From assembly GCA_963675595.2 (NCBI GenBank), contig CAXXLZ010000002.1, positions 3,168,001 through 3,232,000 on the forward strand: a stretch of DNA of 64,000 nucleotides, written 5' to 3'. This DNA is from Thermodesulfobacteriota bacterium. Its GTDB lineage: Bacteria > Desulfobacterota > Desulfarculia > JACQYL01. The position numbers and the translations under genes are program-made. Every line of letters begins with the position of its first letter. Position 1 is the stretch's first letter. Below, piece after piece: positions 59,936 to 64,000 of the stretch. The notes under the pieces are model-generated. The model was not told the origin of the DNA. It did not search any database and saw nothing but the letters and a program-made list of their open reading frames with translations.

Positions 59936-62701
59936 ATGCCCCAGCTCACAGTGAATGGAAAAACTTGCGATTTCGAAGTGGGACAAACCATTCTGGATGT
60001 GGCCCGCGCACACGGCGTGCGCATTCCCACCTTGTGTTACCTTAAAGGCACCCAACCCACCGGGGCCTGCCGGATCTGTGTGGTGGAGGTGAAAGGTCAA
60101 GACAGGCTCTTGCCGTCCTGCGACACGCCCGCGGATGAAGGCATGGAAGTGTGGACGGATACGGAACGCGTTCGGACGGCTCGGCGCACGGTCCTTGAGA
60201 TGCTGGTGGCATCGGGACTACACGATTGCTTTGTGGCCGACGGCGCTGAGGAAAATTGGACGGCCCTTCAGTTGGAGACGCAGAAGAATCCCTGGCACGG
60301 ACAGATCTGTCCGGCCCACGGGGATTGCCGACTGCAGGACCTGGTGGTTGAGTACGGCGTTAAAGTGAAGTTTCCCGTTCCCGCGGATCGGGAATACCCT
60401 CTGGACGACGAGCACCCCATGATCGTCCGGGACTTCAGTCGATGCATCCTCTGCGGCAGGTGCGTGCAGGCTTGTAACGAGGTGCAGGTCAACGAAGCGA
60501 TCCCCGTTCCCTTCGGCAGAAGAGAAGAGCACCAGGATGCGCGGGGGTGGTTCCCGTTGGCGGACTACGACCGATGCACTCATTGCGGGGAATGCGTTCA
60601 GGCTTGTCCCGTGGGCGCGCTTTTCGAAAAGAAGGCCTTCGGTCTGGCCCATGCCGGCGAAGTCGAAAAGATCAGGACCACCTGCCCTTACTGCGGCGTG
60701 GGATGCCAGCTCTGGCTGCACGTGAAGGAAGGCAAGATCGTCAAAGTCACCGGAGTGGCCGACGCACAGCCGAACCAGGGGCGGCTTTGCGTCAAAGGCA
60801 GATTCGGTTACGATTTCATCTATTCTTCCGAACGACTCAAAACGCCGCTGATCCGGGAAGGAGACGGTTTCCGGGAGGCCTCCTGGGATGAGGCTCTGGA
60901 CTTTACGGCAAAGAAGTTTACGGAAATACGGGAGAAACACGGTCCGGATGCGCTGGCGGGCGTGAGCTGCGCCAGGAGCATCAACGAAGACTCCTATAAC
61001 ATGCAAAAGCTGTTCCGCGCGGTGATCGGCACCAATAACGTCGATCACTGCGCACGTACTTGACACGCTCCCACCGTCGCCGGGCTGGCGACAGCATTTG
61101 GTTCGGGAGCCATGACCAACTCCTTCGAGGATTTTCTCGTAGCGAAGATGTTTTTCGTCATAGGGTCCAACACCACGGAAGCCCATCCCGTGGCCGCCAC
61201 TTTCATCAAACGGGCGGTGCGGAACGGGGCGCGCATGATCGTGGTGGACCCCAGGTACACGGGCATCGCCGAACACGCCACCTCGTATGTCCGAATCAAG
61301 GTGGGATCGGACATCGCCTTTATCAACGGTCTGATGCACGTGTTGATTACGGAGAACCTGTACGACCGTAACTACGTGCAGTCCTGCACCACGGGATTCG
61401 AGGAACTCGAAGCCAAGGTGCTCGAATATCCGCCTCGACGGGCGGCTGAAATCTCCGGGGTTCCGGCCGACGAAATCCGACGGATCGCCCGGGAACTGGC
61501 GTCGGTCAAACCCGCCATGCTGATCTATACGCTGGGCATCACGGAGCACACCTGCGGCGTGCACAACGTGTTGTCCTGCGCCAACCTCCAGATGCTTCTA
61601 GGGAACGTGGGCTTCCGTTGCGGCGGGGTGAATCCGCTCCGCGGCCAGAACAACGTGCAGGGAGCCTGCGATATGGGCGCGTTGCCCAATGTGTTCCCCG
61701 GCTACCAGAAGGTGATCGATGAAGCCGCCAGGGCCAAGTTCGAGAAATTCTGGGGCGTGGAGAAGCTTCCGGACAAAAACGGCTTGATGATGCCCGACAT
61801 GATGGACGGATTGGTGAACGGCAACGTCAAAGCGTTTTATGTGTTCGGAGAAAATCTGGCCAATACGGAGCCCGACATCCGACACGTGGAGCACTGCCTG
61901 AGTTCGGCGGAATTCCTGGTGTGCAACGACATCTTCCCCACGGAGACCACCCGTTTCGCTCATGTGATCTTTCCGGCGGCGGCGTGGAGTGAGAACGACG
62001 GCACCTTCACCAACTCGGAACGGCGGGTGAACCGGGTACGCACGGCTTCGCAGCCGCCCGGCGAGTCTCGTCCCAACTGGTGGGTGTTCAAGGAAATCGC
62101 CGCCAGGATGGGGCATCAATGGGAGTCCAATAGCGCTCAGGAAATCTGGGACAACGAGATCGCGGTGATCGCACCGCAAATGGCGGGGATCAAATATTCG
62201 CGCATCGAGCGCGATGGGCTGCAGTGGCCCGTTCCGGACCTCGAACATCCCGGCACCTCGTTCCTGCACAAGGACGGTTGTTTCACCTGCGGCCTGGGGA
62301 ATTTTACGCCCGTGGACTGGACGCCTCCGGCGGAGGTTCCGGACGCGGAGTATCCTTTGGTCCTGAGCACGGGGCGTCGTTTGTATCACTATCATACACG
62401 CACCCAGACCGGCCGTTGCGAGGGGCTCAACGTACTCCTGCCCTATGAGACGGCGGATATTTCCGCGGCGGACGCCATTACCCTTGGTATCGGCGACGGA
62501 GAACGGATTCGGGTGAAATCCCGAAGAGGGGAAGTGGAGGTGGTGGCCAAAGTGACGCCTCAAGTTCCCCAGGGGTTGGTTTGGATGGCCTTTCACTTCC
62601 GGGAAGGCTGCGCCAACTGGCTCACCAACCCGGTGTATGATCCCATTTCCCTTACCGCCGAATACAAGGCGTGCGCCGTGCGGTTGGAGAAGATTCAGTA
62701 G
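59936..62701 (+). CDS. fdhF: Cytoplasmic Mo/W formate dehydrogenase alpha subunit, selenocysteine-containing (921 aa), with N-terminal Fe-S domains
   Basis: IPTLC...GACRIC [2Fe-2S]; CILCGRC and CTHCGEC; TCPYCGVGC; DHCART-TGA(61061-61063)-HAPTVAGL in frame with 61112-62701; PLRGQNNVQG; no Tat signal. Confidence 0.94.
61076..61092 (+). promoter_or_regulatory. SECIS hairpin of fdh
   Basis: GUCGCC-GGGCU-GGCGAC starting 13 nt after the UGA. Confidence 0.7.
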
Positions 62702-62753
62702 GAGTTCCATCTCCCGTTCCTCATATCGGGGCCGGTGATCCCGTACCCGATTC

Positions 62754-62783
62754 AACGGGGGCCTATCAGGCCCCCGTTTTTTT
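62754..62783 (+). terminator. Rho-independent terminator after fdh copy 1
   Basis: AACGGGGGCCT-ATC-AGGCCCCCGTT followed by a T run. Confidence 0.85.
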
Positions 62784-62898
62784 ATCTTAGCCCCATCCCA
62801 TGTCCATCGAGTCGTTCTTCCCGTTCATGACCGTTCCTTGATCCCGATTTCCCGCGCTAGGAAGATATTTTGGAGAGATGCCGTACTTCCATAAACTC

Positions 62899-62929
62899 TT
62901 GACGCGGGACGAATCTTGACATAAGTGAT
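62899..62929 (+). promoter_or_regulatory. Conserved promoter element upstream of fdh copy 2
   Basis: TTGAC-N12-TTGACATAAGTGAT, same spacing as 59574-59604. Confidence 0.5.
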
Positions 62930-63235
62930 AGGCAATAGAAATGAAGCATATTGAGTTTTCCGATAGTTGTTCCCGGCTCCGCCGGTACGGGGTGGAATAT
63001 CCCTCGTCTTCAGGAGGGGCATCCCGTGCAATCGTGGGGTTCCGCCTTTGCCGGGGGTTTTGGTGATGCGGAGGCCGGTTCCGTTTTCAGTTCCAGGGGA
63101 CGGGTCGGGGATATGCGGGAAACTCGATCGTAGGCAATACTCCCGAATAGGCCGTGAAGGGAGCCGGAGGGCCTTCGACGCCGGAGACGCTCTCGGAAAC
63201 CATCATTCATCGCGAATACAACGGAGACATCGGTC

Positions 63236-64000
63236 ATGCCCCAACTCACAATGAACGGAAAAATTTGCGATTTCGAAATGGGACAAACCATTTTGGATGT
63301 GGCCCGCGCACACGGCGTGCGTATCCCCACCCTATGTTACCTCAAGGGAACCCGACCCACCGGAGCCTGTCGTATCTGTGTGGTGGAAGTGAAAGGACGG
63401 GACAGGCTTCTGCCGTCCTGTGACACGCCCGCGGATGGAGGCATGGAGGTGTGGACGGATACCGAATGGGTCCGGACGAGTCGTCGGACGGTCCTCGAGA
63501 TGCTGGCCGCGTCCGGCCTGCACGATTGCTTTGTGGCCGACGCCCAAGAGGAAGGCTGGACGACGCTGCAGTTGGAGACGCAGAAGAATCCCTGGCACGG
63601 GCAACTCTGCCCGGTACATGGAGATTGCAGGTTGCAGGACTTGGTCGTCGAATACGGGGTGAAAGTAAGGTTTCCCGTTCCGGCGGACCGGGAATACCCT
63701 CTGGACGACGAGCACCCCATGATCGTCCGGGACTTCAGTCGCTGCATCCTTTGCGGCAGATGCGTGCAGGCCTGTAACGAGGTGCAGGTTAACGAAGCGA
63801 TCCCCGTTCCCTTCGGTAGAAGAGAAGAGCATCAGGATGCGCGGGGATGGTTCCCATTGGCGGATTACGACCGCTGCACCCACTGCGGGGAATGCGTTCA
63901 GGCTTGTCCCGTGGGAGCGCTTTTCGAAAAGAAGGCCTTCGGCTTGGCCCATCAGGGGGAGATGGAGAAGATCAGGACCACCTGTCCTTACTGCGGCGTC
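63236..64000 (+). CDS. fdhF: Second formate dehydrogenase alpha subunit paralog (3'-truncated by window edge)
   Basis: MPQLTMNGKICDFEMGQTILDVARAHGVRIPTLC...RTTCPYCGV, colinear with copy 1 at an offset of exactly 3300 bp; same GGAGACATCGGTCATG start context; absent from the ORF track because no stop is reached. Confidence 0.92.
   Translation, partial: MPQLTMNGKICDFEMGQTILDVARAHGVRIPTLCYLKGTRPTGACRICVVEVKGRDRLLPSCDTPADGGMEVWTDTEWVRTSRRTVLEMLAASGLHDCFVADAQEEGWTTLQLETQKNPWHGQLCPVHGDCRLQDLVVEYGVKVRFPVPADREYPLDDEHPMIVRDFSRCILCGRCVQACNEVQVNEAIPVPFGRREEHQDARGWFPLADYDRCTHCGECVQACPVGALFEKKAFGLAHQGEMEKIRTTCPYCGV

Noticed and set aside
59882-62701. Two separate ORFs (393 aa and 529 aa) in the ORF track
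   Set aside because: They are in the same frame and are separated only by the catalytic Sec UGA of the FDH CARx-U-H motif.

Overview
GC-rich chromosomal window from an anaerobic, selenocysteine-using diderm, most likely Desulfobacterota (inferred from gene content and synteny). The housekeeping blocks are ordinary: thrS-infC-rpmI-rplT-pheS-pheT-ihfA-merR and miaB-DUF151-PHP-rsmD-coaD. The most notable feature is a nine-gene minus-strand operon (about 23.7-34.0 kb). It combines Listeria-type flavinylation/EET accessory genes (NusG-II/EetA-like, a Gx/EetB fused to EcfT/FmnA, ApbE, an FMN-binding protein) with a Gram-negative multiheme conduit (8-heme lipoprotein, split CbcL-like cytochrome c + cytochrome b, porin, 11-heme OmcA/MtrC-like lipoprotein). 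Also present: near-tandem HdrA-like paralogs, one with an in-frame UGA (Sec) and one with Cys at the same position, sharing a conserved structured 5' leader; a Sec formate dehydrogenase followed 3300 bp later by a second copy; a B12 radical SAM gene broken by a 135-bp duplicated segment inserted in a palindrome; an AUA-initiated infC; and several candidate structured non-coding elements. All calls come from reading the sequence; no database searches were run.
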